A DNA stretch of 63,612 nucleotides, the filler included, from Choristocarpus tenellus KU-1152 (taxonomy: Eukaryota; Protista; Phaeophyceae), in assembly GCA_964200185.2 (NCBI GenBank). It is 15 parts of 15 records of this genome, joined end to end, with 100 filler letters (N's around TTAATTAATTAA, not from the genome) between each part and the next. Parts side by side here need not be neighbours in the genome. Positions count along the whole stretch, not along the records: positions 1 to 4,444 come from CAXNAD020014531.1; positions 4,545 to 9,039 come from CAXNAD020014300.1; positions 9,140 to 13,107 come from CAXNAD020016867.1; 12 more parts are not named here. One strand, given 5' to 3'. The notes beneath the pieces are model-generated. The model did not search any database, was not told the DNA's origin, and saw nothing but the letters and a program-made list of their open reading frames with translations. The first letter of the stretch is position 1; each line of letters opens with the position of its first letter. Below, one piece after another: positions 1 through 12,900 of the stretch. The translations under genes were made by a program, and so were the position numbers.

Positions 1-589
1 GGGGGGGGGGGGTATAAAGGGTTGGTTCCTGTTGGATGTTACATGCTTTTGAGGGAAAAAATGTTGACCTTATTTGAGATTTTGTGCAGCTATTTTGTAG
101 TAGTAAAGATTCAAGTTCTGAGGTGTAGTGTTGTTGAGGGGAGTTGATTCAGGTCCTTTTGATTGTGAGAAGCTTATGAAATGTTCTCCCTGACATCTCC
201 ACTCCCCATGGCCAAATGCAAGCTAACCTACATCAGGAGGGTTTGGTTGTAGAAAGGGTGAGAAGTGTTTTGTCCATGTGAATATGAAATAGCCCTCCAA
301 GGTGCCAGCAGCGTGTGCATCAGAGGGCAGTCGCAGACAGACCCCCCTTAGTGTACACTCAACGATACTCCCCTCCAGCATACCCCGACTCCTTACAGAC
401 TTACCCTGTTCGAAGGTCCTTTTTGTACTCTGGAATGGGAGGAGGGTATAGTTTTTGTAGGTGAATATGATGAAACGATAGCGCATTGATTTATCTTAGA
501 GTAAGTGTTGCCCCTTCCCCCCCCCCCCCTCCCCCCCCTTCACTTTTAACTTCTTGATGTAAATATGTTTTTTTTCTATATTGTTGCAG

Positions 590-1760
590 GAGCACACTCT
601 AACTACGGATAAGTTAACAGCAGAGAACGCTCGCCTTGCGGAAGAGATCCGTGACCTCACCGGTGATTCTGTCCCGACAGTAAACCTATCTGGGGGGGGG
701 AAGAACGGGAGCCCTCTTCCAGGGGGGATGGGAGTGCGCGGGCAGGTACAGCGCCTTCCAGGTGTTGGCGGCATTGTGCCGGTCATACCGGCTACGCCGG
801 CCATGGCCAGGCCTGGGACTGTGTCGCCTGTGCCCAGTAGGGGGGCGTTGGGAGACCCTCCGACCCCCCAGCAGCAGCAGAGGAGAGAGAAGGAGGATGG
901 GAGTGGTGGTGGTGTTGTGGGTGTTCGTATGGAGGAGTGGGATGTATCTGAGCTGGAGAGGTGCGTTTAGGTTGGACATGTGGAGGAGGGGATCTTTATT
1001 GGAGTGAAAAGGGGGGGGGGGGTGACTGGTCTATGTACATAGGTTGTTTTTTGTTATTATTTTATGGGAGTTGTTTGGGAGGCGTGATTACAGTTTCCAT
1101 CGTCTGTTTCGATTTGGAAGTTTTGGTACAAATGAAGTGGTTGATACTTAGGGACTGCAAATGTTACCTAGTTCCTCTTCCCCCCTTCTCTCCCCCCTCC
1201 TCTTCGCGCCCCCCCTCCCCCACCCCCATCCNNNNNNNNNNTGTTCCCTCGTTCCTCTCCCCCCCTTCTCCCCCCCCCCCCTGTTCACCGCTGTTCACCC
1301 CTTCCCTTTGTGACCCATCACTTGTTGATATTTAAATGTGTTGGAGTGCAAGTTGAAGCAGATTCCCGACTTGCTGAGTATGGAGAATGATTTGCAAGAA
1401 CCCGCTGGACTAATGTATTGATTGTTGATGGTTGTACTGTTTTATTGTAATCCCGATATGATATGATATGATATATATATATAGCCTTGGAGCCTCCTCG
1501 GAATTGTTGGATAGGGTCAGGGCAAGGGAGGCTGAGTGGTGGCAGCAGCACGCGGCGATGGAGGAGAATGCTGCTGGGGCAAGAAAGGCTGCTGTACGAA
1601 CTCGACAGGTGTGTATTGATCTTAGTCTTGGTCTCGATCCTGTTGGTATTGGTATTGGCCTTGGTCTTGGTCTTGGTCTTAGTCTTGTACACACTAATTA
1701 GTTGTGGTATTGGTGATTATTATGATTATTTTGATTGTATGTTCTTAGTTACACGTTGAA

Positions 1761-1799
<39 letters not shown>

Positions 1800-2785
1800 A
1801 TTTAGTTAGGGTTAGGGTTATGTGGTGGTTTAGTTTTTTGAGTGATTGTGAACAGGTGATGCGGGTGTGATGAATGTTTCGTGATTATTGTTGATTTTTA
1901 TTATTATTGTTACTGTTGTTGTTGTTGTAGGGAGTTTGTAAAATAGGGTTTGGTGAATGCTTTGTGTGTACTGTTGGTTTTTATTGTTATTTTTGTGTGG
2001 GGAATGTGTGTAAGAAAGGGGGTGAGTGGTTTGATTGATTATGTGCATCGTTCTGTGTTTGTAGTGATTTTTTTCTCTTTTTACAGATAGTATTATTTTT
2101 GATTGATCAATTGATTGTGTGAGCATCTCAATAGTTGAGATGCTTCTGTATTCTATTTTTTTTTTTCTCATCCTAGGGTTAGGGTTAGGGTTAGGGTTTT
2201 TAGGGGCAAGCTGGTTGTGCTTTTCTTTTGTGTTACGCTATGTATGTGACAAGGAAATGACTAATTAAGTTACACAATAGAATGAATTGTGTGGAGTTGC
2301 TTACTGGTCAAACGGATTGGTCACTTTTGTAGTGTCAACGGAATAGTGAGGGTTGCATGGGGGAATCGAGGGTGTCCTTCAGGGGTGGGGGTATGTTGTC
2401 CCAGTGAACTCTTATTGTGGTCATGATTTGGGAGTTGGGGGGAGGGGGGTTGGCTGTCCTTTGAGCACCTCTCTGTTGTTCTTGGTGGTCGAGGAGTGTT
2501 TCTTGCATGGTTGACTGACTGACTGTATGTGTATGTCATCCTTTCTTCAGAGTAACTTTGTTGATCATGTATAGATTGACTTACACATGGTACACCTCAG
2601 GGGTGTGGGTGGATGATGGTTCTCTTCTGTCAAAAAGTAGGCATTCTTATTCCTCTTGTTTCCTGTTCCCTAACCCTATTCAAATGCAGACCTAGATCCA
2701 TGCTTTCATCTTGAGAATTGAACAATTTGTTACTATTCAAGTAAATAAGATGTTTCTCTGAATGACCTCTGGTGCTCCACTCCAC

Positions 2786-2828
<43 letters not shown>

Positions 2829-3182
2829 GTTTTTTCCACGCCTCCGCCCCCCCCCGTTTCCCTCCCTCAATTTTTTTTTTTNNNNNNNNNNCCTCTGGTG
2901 CTCCACTCCACTCCCCCCCCCACCCCCCTGCCCCCCTCCCACTTCACCCTATTGTATTCTTAGTGTCTGTGCTCACTTCTGTTCCTTACGTAAAATTTTA
3001 TTTTTTTAACCCATACAATTTTTTGGTTCATCTTGCGAGAAATTTTTAGGGCCGGAATATGAATATTGCTCGTTATTTTTGTTCTGTTTTTGTGGTACTG
3101 GTTTCTTTCAGGTGTGTGTCACTCTTGAACGGTGACAGCTGCATGCCTTAGCTCACTTGTCCATCAGGCGTAGAGTTGTTGA

Positions 3183-3215
<33 letters not shown>

Positions 3216-3642
3216 GTGTTTGAACTAGTGGCATTGGAAGTAAATTACTGGAGTGTTTTGTATCATGCGATGTGATTGGAGGAATTGCAACTGGGATTAG
3301 ACTAGACCTCTGCTCGAGACTTAAGATAATGAATTATGATTTTTTTGATATTTCACTGAATAAAATTCTGTGTGTTTAATGCAGAGAGAGTACTACACAT
3401 ATTTATTCAATCAATATTTATGTGTGTATATGTGAATGCATATTTTTTGTTTTTTTGTAACTGTATTGTCTTGGTGTCCCCGTTGTGATGCCATACAGGA
3501 GTATGAGAAACGCCTGTCTGACAATGAGCAACACCGGGATCGCCTGGCGGAGGACTTGCAGAGGTCCGCCGAGAGGGTGATGTCACTAGAGCAATCAGCA
3601 GAGGAGAGAGTCATGGCACCCAGGCGTGCTGTTGAGGGACTG
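590..3642 (+). CDS. Partial spliced gene, coiled-coil protein of unknown function (exons 590-960, 1485-1608, 3499-3642)
   Basis: AG/GT boundaries with consistent phases (2 then 0). Peptides EHTLTTDKLTAENARLAEEIRDL, SLGASSELLDRVRAREAEWWQQH and EYEKRLSDNEQHRDRLAEDLQRSAERV are heptad-like. Confidence 0.8.
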
Positions 3643-3707
3643 GTGCGTGAAAGTGTGTGTGTGTGTGTTAATGGTTGTTCTGATCTGGTTTCACTGATGT
3701 CTTGAGA

Positions 3708-3800
3708 TGGATGATTAGTATGTGTAAGATGATTAGTATTTGTAAGATGATTAGCATGTGTAGGATGATTAGTATTTGTAAGATGATTAGCATGTGTAAG
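3708..3800. repeat. 18-bp tandem repeat (GATGATTAGYATKTGTAA) about 5 copies, intronic
   Basis: Periodicity read directly from the sequence. Confidence 0.85.
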
Positions 3801-4412
3801 AGTGTTATAGTGTGCTATTCGTTTGCTCTTGCGTCTTGTAAGAGTATCAAATGCCTTTTTTCTGTAGTATAATTTGGAGGTAGACAAGCTACGTGTGTTG
3901 GTTGTCCTCAACATCATTGAATCGTTGAGGTTTGAGGAGGTTCAATTCGTTAAGAGTTGTTTTTTTATTGTGTTATTTTTTCAAGCTTGGGCTCTGAGAA
4001 ATTTATTGGGGATTTGGTCGGTGGGCGTATTGTGTTTGTCTGTGTGCATGTATTGTTACTAAGAGTGTGTCAGTGTATTGAAGTCTTGTGAGTTGTGTGT
4101 ATTGTGTATTGTGTATTGTGGTGATCCAGAGGTTTGTTTTACTTGGTTATTCCTTTCTGGACTCTGGGGCACTCTGTGCCAAGTTTTACGAATTTGTTTT
4201 CAACTTCTGCTGCCGCTACTCCTCTGGCGGTATACCTGAGTGTGCTATCCTGTCCCCATCTCGCTAAACTTTGCCATCCTTGCCATGCTCTGGGTGGCTT
4301 TCAAGTTTAGTGTAAAGATGTTAATGGTTACATTATAAATGTTGTTGCGATTGAAGTTTTTTGTTCAGCACACACTGGTGTGATTGCTTTTTCTTATTCC
4401 CCTCCCCCCCCT

Positions 4413-4444
<32 letters not shown>

Positions 4445-4544
4445 NNNNNNNNNNNNNNNNNNNNNNNNNNNNNNNNNNNNNNNNNNNNTTAATTAATTAA
4501 NNNNNNNNNNNNNNNNNNNNNNNNNNNNNNNNNNNNNNNNNNNN
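4445..4544. other. Artificial contig-join linker N44-TTAATTAATTAA-N44 (first of 14)
   Basis: Identical 100-nt linkers with stops in all six frames start at 4445, 9040, 13108, 16000, 21061, 26538, 35856, 39432, 42971, 46944, 50160, 53639, 56243 and 59357. Confidence 0.98.
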
Positions 4545-5415
4545 ACCCCTGCCCCTGTCACTCCTGCTCCTGCCCCTGTGACCCCTGCCCCTGTCACTCC
4601 TGCCCCTGTCACTCCTGCCCCTGTGACCCCTGCCCCAGTGACACCTGCACCTGTCACCCCCGCTCCCATCACACCTGCACCAGTAACCCCTGCCCCTGTC
4701 ACTCCTGCTCCTGTAACACCTGCCCCAGTGCTTTCTACCCCTGCTCCTGTTGTTTTAATTGACAGTGACGAGGACTGCATCAGCCGTCTCACTGACAATG
4801 ACAAGGTATGTTAACTCAAATGATAAGGATTGCATACTCGATAAAATTTAATGATTGAGAAAATGAGTTGGACAATAATATATTTATATATAGAGAGAGC
4901 TTGTTCTGATCACATTTGAATGCCCCCCCCCTGACTTGAATAAAAAATGGGATTACCACCCCCTAAATCCCAACTTCCTCAGGCGTACAACGAACTCTAT
5001 GAAAAGAGCATCTACTATGTTGAGGACTGCAGTGGCATGCACTGTAACCAGTTCAACATTGATAATGACTGCCGTGGATGCTGGAACAGCTGTGTTGGTG
5101 CTGCCATTTACCTGGCCAACTTTGTGGAATACGAGTGAGTACCAGTAGTACTTGACCAACATGCAGGAGCGTTTTCTCAAATCTCATCTATATTGAGCTT
5201 AGCCTTATGTCATATATACAGCAACATAGTTTAGGAAGAGTGATATGGCTGGTGTTCAACTTTCTCATTATCCACTTATCTCGTCAGTGCACCTTGTATT
5301 CAGAACTCATATGGTCCAATGCATTTTTGTCCTGCTCTTCCCACCAGGTCAAGTGACATCAGCTTCTGCCCCGACACCGACCTGACATCCTACGATAGTG
5401 ATTGCATCGAACGCC
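4545..5415 (+). CDS. Partial spliced gene: (PAPVT)n Pro/Thr-rich stalk followed by a Cys-rich module (exons <4545-4805, 4983-5134, 5348-5415)
   Basis: 15-bp coding repeat at 4545-4750. Canonical splice sites with matching phases give DSDEDCISRLTDNDK|AYNELYEKSIYYVEDCSGMHCNQFNIDNDCRGCWNSCVGAAIYLANFVEYE|SSDISFCPDTDLTSYDSDCIER. Confidence 0.8.
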
Positions 5416-6623
5416 GTATGCTTCGTGGGGCAGTAGCACAAGCCTAAATTGCTACCAACAACTGAGTCTCATGCATTGCACAATGAGTTTTAAAGACAAT
5501 TGTGCAGAAAAAGAAACAGAACGAATGGGCCAAGTGCGCTATTGGCCATTAGCTGACACAACTTATGACCCCCTTGGCATGCATGCTCATAGATGGGATA
5601 CAATCTTGTTGGTTATCCATTCGTGTTGGTGTTAGTTGCTTTTTGTTGTGCACAGGCCCTTATATGTACATGTGGGTGGTGTGCTAACATTGCTGTGACT
5701 TTGGTTGGGGGGTAGAATAGGTTGTGATAAAAATGATTCAGACATGTGTCCAGTGGATGAACTGGTGAGGAGGATCAACAAAAATCAGGGAATGTCACAG
5801 CAATAGTGGGGCACAATCTGGGGCTGGCAGTCTTTTTTTCTATTTTTTCGGCTGTTCTCACACATCACTTCACTGTGGAAATCATCAAAATAGCCCGTAG
5901 ATGATGTAGTTGCCTTGGCTTCATTGAAATTGTGCGACTGCCCCAACTAAGATGAAGTCATTAGTGTGATGTGAATTTAGTGGCCTCTTGAGATGCAGTG
6001 TGGAATAGGATTAGTCTTGTACTGTATCTCAGGATTTGATGGTCCTCTTTCTTTTGGTGTATGCGTAAGTAACTTAGTAGATTGCTGTTTAGTGTATGCA
6101 ATAATGTTTAGCAGCTCAAGGGCACTTGTCGGTTGTTAATGTCTCTCCATATGGTGAGTAGTGTTTGGTTCATGTTGTTGCTGTGTCCTTTGCACACATT
6201 GCAAACAAAACAAAGGAAGTAGTACATTTTTTTCATACACATATATCTATAGCAACAAAATACACACAAGGCTCCTTCCTTCCAGTTCATCCATCTTTGG
6301 TGAATGGTCCACATATAAGGGCATCAGTCAGCCAGGCACATGCATACAAAGATGAAGAGGAAGAAAAGCAACACGATACAAACATAATAGAATATGTAAT
6401 ACCTGTTGCCATATACAAGGTACAGCCTCTTGAGTACTATCATCACTCAATATATGAATGAACTACAATACCTTATGTTGGCATTTTGAAGCAAACATAT
6501 CACACCTGACAATATGGGAAGCTTGTTGTGAGTATGATCTTTTTCTTGAGGGTTAGGGTACAAAACGCTAGATCAGCCCAAGCAAGGGTGCTACCTGTAC
6601 AAAGAGAAGTTTCTGAATTGAAT

Positions 6624-6778
6624 GTAAGCATGAATCTGATACATATTGCACTATTGATGTGAGGGTTAATACATATTGAGGATATATATCATGTGTATTG
6701 AGTGTAAGCATGAATCTGATACATATTGCAGTATTGATGCGAGGGTAAATATATATTGAGGATATATATCATGTGTAT
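6624..6778. repeat. About 78-bp tandem duplication
   Basis: GTAAGCATGAATCTGATACATATTGCA...ATATATATCATGTGTAT occurs twice. Confidence 0.85.
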
Positions 6779-8218
6779 GTATGAGGTATAGAATCCCACA
6801 TATATGTATAGTTTACAAAATATTTGTACGCTATGTCCAAGTATCTTGAGATCCTCAAGATATGACTCAATCTGCGGGTATTCTGGCTGGTTGTGTACAC
6901 AGGAGGATTTACAAGTGCGATCTGATCACGCACTGCCAATGATATATACACATATCAGCACATGTGAAGGTGACCTTGCAGGGTCAACATTTTAGAGCGA
7001 GGTTTTGAGGGGGTTGAGATGTTGCAGGCCAAGTGCATACTATTATTGTAAATAATTTCTGTCTTTTATTAGTTATTATTACTATTTTGTTCTTGAATAT
7101 TTATTTACTATCATGTGTCAGCATAATTATAGCATGGAAACTGCTTACTTTTCAAAAATTGCACTCCAAGGACACTGTAGTGTTGGTTGAAAACGGCCAC
7201 ATTTTGACCACTTGGTTAGTTGATGCACGATGAACACTGACAAGTTGCCAACAAGATATGATATTCACAAACAAGAATCAAAACTCAAGATACTACAGGG
7301 AAGATGATGCTCTGGATGCATAATATTATTGCTATAATAGAGTATACTGGTATGGTTAGGGTTAGGGTCAGGATTAGGGTTAGATTTGGTCACTACTCTT
7401 CTCTTTTCTGCAGGTTGGTGAACAGCATTGTATTAAAATATTTTTATGCAATACATATACACACTTCATTAGCACACTATAGTTCTCTCATAAAGCAGGT
7501 TGAATTTCTTTCCTCTTGAAATTGTGTGAGCTATAGCATGAAAGTATGTAAAAAGGAAATTATAAGACATATTGCGCCAGAGATATGGGATCTCCCATCA
7601 CAGTAGGATTGATAGAAAGGTTCCAGCCCAACAAGCAGCAACTCAGAAGTAGTGATCCCTACAAGAGATACTGTACCCTAACCCTAATGTATCTCTACAT
7701 GTGCACATAACTGACTTGCTTCTTGCCTGTAGGTCTGAACCTAATACAGGACATTGTTTTTTCCAAAGTTTGTTCTCTCCTTCTAGCTAGAAACCACGAA
7801 TTTATTCCTTCCATCAAGCTGAGAAGAAAATGGTTGCCCCCTGCATTGCTTTATTTTAATAATGGGTCACTGCAGCCTAATGTAGCAATGGGCTTGAGTC
7901 CAAGACTCAGCCAGGGTGGACGGGGAATGAATTGTGTCAGTGTGCTCACACCACCACTGTAAGCAGTCTGTACAACTGGATACTGCAATGGTACCATAGC
8001 CCCACTGCTGGAATCTTAGAGGTCAGCAAACGCTATGCAGATTTTTCTGCAACATACTACAGAGCAATAAGATTCATAACACTTCGCTACAGAGCAGCAC
8101 GTCTGCAGGACCCTTCCTTGGCCAATGCTGATCCATATGCAAAGGAGTGGTGGGGGAATCAGAGATATTTCGTTGCTCTCATAGATACTCCAAATATCTC
8201 CCTTTTTTTCAACAGAAT

Positions 8219-8468
8219 GAGTATCTTAGAGGGTAGAGCTGCATTAGTTTGGGGGCCAAAGTCCAATGGTATGATTATTATGTAAATTTAGCTATCGTGT
8301 TTGTTAGGAAGTGTCAAGATCCTTGTTCCGGATACACCTTTTCATAACATACACATTTTACCTAATCCAAAACATTTCGGGGTAGGAAAATATTAAAAAA
8401 AAAATGTGGGAAGCCAAGCCCCGATTGGACAAACAGGGCAAACCTCGTACCCTCTGAGATACTTTCTC
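8219..8468. mobile_element. MITE family A copy
   Basis: TIR AGTATCTTAGAGGGTA / TACCCTCTGAGATACT; body matches the other A copies. Confidence 0.85.
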
Positions 8469-8950
8469 TTGAATGAAAGAGCAGTTGACTTTAGCTTGTT
8501 ATTATTTCACCCACTGCAGTTGAATGCCGAGTGCTTATCCCCTGACGCTACTAGTTGCCCTGCCACGGTCGGATCAATTGCTGATTTCCTCAACCTGAAG
8601 TTCTTGCCTTCCAATATTAGGGCTACCCAGCTAGCTAATCGATATGCAACTGAGATGTTTATTTCTGTTCTCTGTTGAGTGTAAAAAATAGCCTGCTAAG
8701 GTAATTGGAAAGGGTTTCCATTGATGCTTCTGAGTTGACTTATGATTGTACAAGTTATTGAGATTCTGTTGAACTGCAATATTGTAAGAACTATTGCTCC
8801 CTGGGAGCATCAAATACCTTCCTTCAACATTCACCTGTTTCTATTGAAGCAAACCTAGAAGTATTCACAAGTATATTGAGAATGTGGGGATAAATGGAGA
8901 GAGAATATAATCAAGAGGTACCCAGTTCTTGGCCCTTTTCCATTTAAATC

Positions 8951-9039
8951 GACTCAAGTATCTGGGAGGGGGTGGTGGCTGTCCATTTGGGGTCAATTTT
9001 TCGTGTCGCATTTTTTTGGTTATTTGGTTGCATACATCG
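8951..9039. mobile_element. MITE family B fragment (cut by contig end; another B end at 9140-9161)
   Basis: GACTCAAGTATCTGGGAGGGG...GTCCATTTGGGGTCAATTTT. Confidence 0.8.
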
Positions 9040-9849
9040 NNNNNNNNNNNNNNNNNNNNNNNNNNNNNNNNNNNNNNNNNNNNTTAATTAATTAANNNNN
9101 NNNNNNNNNNNNNNNNNNNNNNNNNNNNNNNNNNNNNNNCCCCCCCCAGATAATTTGGGTCATACAATGTTGGTTCTAGTCCGTATGTGGAGAAGAGTGT
9201 TCTTATAGTAAGAACATGAACGTAGGAAGTAATATATATTGATGAAAGCTACACTCCTCATCATGAACATAACATAAATTAACTATTCGATCACCTTTTC
9301 CTCTGTATTCTTATCATTTGGAATCGGCTTTCAATATGAAACCCAATTGAAAATGTATCAATTGTCGTACATCATTGACCTAAACTGGAGGAACAAAATG
9401 TCATGTCTCTTTACATAAAACTAATATTTTACATGATATAATAAAACATCAGATTTTCGTCTGTGATTCCAACATGTGAGGGGTTGAAGAGGTGGAATTA
9501 AAGACCAAGTCTGTTCCAAAAAAGGTATCCTCCAATACCGTAGTCCTCTTCTTGCACATAAACGCTTCAACATTTCATAAATGTAAATCCAACCATTTTT
9601 GTCGCACAACAGATACTCCACACCAAGAAATCATCAATCTGGTAGAGTGAATAAGACTTAGAGCGTATTTTTTTTATATACAACAGTTACAAAAAAAAGT
9701 AAATATAGATAAACTCAACTTTAGCCGCGCCCCCCCCCTTTCTCACAAATCTCATTCACTCATCCAATGTTTGACCAACGAAAGTGAACATTATAGAGCA
9801 TTTGCTGCCACCATTCAAGGAGAGGACGCTGACGACCGCACGACATGGG

Positions 9850-10678
9850 TGGGATGGAGCTAACAGAATTTCATGATAAAACTAGCTAGTCCTTGTCCAT
9901 GCCCCTTTTCACGTTGAAGATTTGACCAGACGTGGTCATATCTGATACATCGAAATGGTGATCATTCCATTTGCCCAGATATGTTTTAATATCTCACCCC
10001 TGGTCAAGTGAAGCGGCATTGATTTGGTTGCCACCAAATCAATCTTAGTCACAAGTGCTAAGTTGTGAGGACTCACAAAAACCACTTCTTGCTCTGCATT
10101 TTTACAATTTGCAGGTATTTTTGTGTCCACAACTGTCTTGCAAGACAGTATTTCCTCGTTGAGAGACTATTTTTTATTTTATTTTCAATGCCTCTGTCTG
10201 TTTTTCTGCACACACATTTCTTCCATTTCCCATTGAGACCTGTGTTATTTTGATACCTGCACCAAACCTCATAGGGGGGTGGATGATGTGAGAGACATCT
10301 TCCACAGAAGGTATACCCTGAAGGTGACCTATCTTGAAGATTATCTTAGAGGGTACGAGATTTGCTCTGTTTGTCCATTTAGGGCTTGACTTCCCTCGGG
10401 TTTTTTATGACATTTTCCCACTCCAAATATTTCAGAGTAGATAAAATTTATACATTATGAAAAGGTGTGTCCGGAACAAAGATGTTGGCACTTCCTAACG
10501 AACACAATAGCCAAAATTACATCGAAATTGCAACATTGGATTTTGACCCCCAAATGGACGCGACTCTACCCTCTAAGATACATTGGCTCTGATATTTATA
10601 TGACATTTGTTCTTGTATGTTGAAGGTAACATCTGCTTGAAGTAAGTTCGGGTGGTTTGGAGTAACCTTGCCAACAAA
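9850..10678 (-). repeat. Dispersed repeat D (decayed transposon body), interrupted by MITE A
   Basis: Reverse complement aligns with 50541-51284 and 32076-32241 (shared CCTCACAACTTAGCACT, TTCGATGTATCAGATATGACCACGTCTGGTCAA and TTACTTCAAGCAGATGTTACCTTCAACAT). Confidence 0.8.
10342..10589. mobile_element. MITE family A copy (left tip eroded)
   Basis: TATCTTAGAGGGTA...TACCCTCTAAGATACATTGGCTC. Confidence 0.85.
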
Positions 10679-10928
10679 GAGTGAAAGTATCTTAGAGGGT
10701 ACGAATTTTGCCTTGTTTGTACATTTGGGACTTGGCTTCCCTAGGGTTTTTTTATGACATTTTCCCATTCCAAAATAATTTCGGAGTAGGTAAAATGCAT
10801 ATGTTATGAAAAGGTGTGTCCGGAACAAGGATATTGACGTTTCCTGACAAACCCGATAGCCAAAATTACATCGAAATTGCAACATCCCCCAAGTGGACGC
10901 GGCTCTACACTCTAAGATACTTTGACTC
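10679..10928. mobile_element. MITE family A, complete, TSD AAA
   Basis: aaa|GAGTGAAAGTATCTTAGAGGGTA...CTCTAAGATACTTTGACTC|aaa. Confidence 0.9.
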
Positions 10929-11799
10929 AAACTTGGGACAGCTTGTCATTCCGAGTTGTCACACATGGAAGATCCACTTTGTTCTCACGTCTTGACTTGT
11001 GATGATGAAGCCCCATCTCTGAAGGTGCTCATCACTCTTCAATTTGCACTTGTTCAACCTTAACCTCGTACCCTCGGTTACGGTTCATTTTTGTTCGTCT
11101 GGTCAGTCTTGCCCGGTGATTCTCTTCGCAATCCTTGCCTGAGTGAACCACGCTGCCACAGAATCACACGATTCACAATAGGGTTGTACTCAATCGATTA
11201 TTCTCACTGAATCATGAAGGCTGCTTTTGCGCTCTGCTGTGCTGTGCTTGTCGCGGACGCTCAGGTAAATGAAGCAGGGATGCGTGATTTTGTGTGACGT
11301 TGACCTCACTCAATCTACTTCTATTGCTCTGTGAGGCATATATGACACCTACGCACTGCTCGTAGTTACCTTGTGTTCTGTAGGGGTCGCATGCGCCAGG
11401 AATGCGTAGTTGCTCGTTCAACTTGTACAATATGATGGTACTTGTATGACAAAACAAGCATGTTTGGAACGTCATTGTTAAAGGGCGACATTTTGAGGGC
11501 AAGGTGAAGCTCTATAATGGCACTGATGTTCTATTTTGACCATATCCTGCTGCACGAATAGATGTGATGGATGGGCTGATTTTTTGTCTAGCCCTACACG
11601 CGATCCGCAAATCTTACAGGGCATGTTTTGCACGTATACTTGTGGTATGTATGAATCGTCTCTTGTCCAAGTCGCAATCAGGGCGTGCTACATTCGAGCC
11701 TTACAAGGCTTCTATTTTTACTACTATTCACTGACTCTTTCTTACTAAATGAACCCCATCACCACATAATCATTCCTATTAGGCGTTCGTGCCGACAGC

Positions 11800-12016
11800 C
11801 CCTCTGCGCTTCACTGCATGGGCACCTGCACCCGCACCGTCGCCTACCCCTGTACGTATGTCGACATCTGACCCTCTGCGCTTCAATGCACGGGCACCTG
11901 CACCTGCACCGTCACTGACCTCTGTACGTGCGTCGACATCGGACCCTCTGCACTTCAATGCACGGGCACCTGCGTCCGCACCGTCGCCGACCCCTGTACG
12001 TACGTACGTCGACATC
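11800..12016. repeat. 72-bp GC-rich tandem repeat, 3 copies
   Basis: Units CCCTCTGCRCTTCAMTGCAYGGGCACCTGC...GTCGACATC start at about 11800, 11872 and 11944. Confidence 0.9.
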
Positions 12017-12654
12017 AATGTCTTTCTAGGCATTTGATGAAGCCTCTGGATTAGGGCAGGCTGTTCATTTGGAAAGAGTTGGTGATAGTGTTCCATTGTC
12101 TCATGGAGATAGAGAACACAGAATGCTAGGTTGGAGTTCCATTATTCCAGTGACAATGCAGCCATGCCCAAGAGGTGAGCGAGGTCATCCTAGAGCCCTA
12201 GGGTAAAATGGGGACTTTGGACATGTAGCATTATTGTGTTGAAATTAAATCCATGTGATGTAACTAATGAGATAGTACATCCGGACTGTATATGGAATTA
12301 TTCATGGGTATTCATTCCCTTTCGCTACTTTGAAATAGGTAGCGAAACACAAATAATAATAAATAAACAATGAGAAGACACCCCACAAAGGTCACTCTTC
12401 TAATTTCAACCATCCATTCTTTTCACGTTCAGGAAAGGGGGTCGTGTGAGGCTTCACACCTTCTTGTCTTCACTACTGATCAATAGCATTACCTCCCAAG
12501 GTAAATTTGTACAGGTTATGAGCTTTAGTAGTATGGAGACTGACCTGAAGAAACTTGCTGTCTGGACGGGGACCACAGGAAGGTCATTGGAGACCTGGTC
12601 AACTTGAAGACTGCCATTGATCGCCTACACTGGTGGAAAGGGTTTGTACGAGAT

Positions 12655-12746
12655 GAGTGAAAGTATTTTAGAGGGTACGAGTTTTGCCCTGTTTGTCCAT
12701 TTGATGCTTGGCTTCCCATGTTTTTTTTTAATGACATTTTCCTACT
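12655..12746. mobile_element. MITE family A left part, interrupted by another element
   Basis: Starts GAGTGAAAGTATTTTAGAGGGTA; similarity to family A stops at ATGACATTTTCCTACT. Confidence 0.85.
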
Positions 12747-12747
12747 A

Positions 12748-12900
12748 CAGTACCTACCCCGATTTTATGCTAACTACTATGAACCAAATCGAAAAAATAT
12801 GCAATTTTATACCGCTTTTTTGACATGCTCAAAAAAATAGACTTTTGCACCGGAATTATCGTATTCGGGCGATTTGGCACAAAATCGGGGAGATATTCAC
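12748..12900. mobile_element. Probable Tc1/mariner/pogo-type element end nested in MITE A
   Basis: TA|CAGTACCTACCCCGATTTTATGC start, with an inverted inner copy GCACAAAATCGGGG at 12877-12890. The other end is not in the contig. Confidence 0.5.

Noticed and set aside
2767-2930. Duplicated CCTCTGGTGCTCCACTCCACTCCCC either side of an N gap
   Set aside because: Probably an unmerged overlap at a poly-C scaffold gap.
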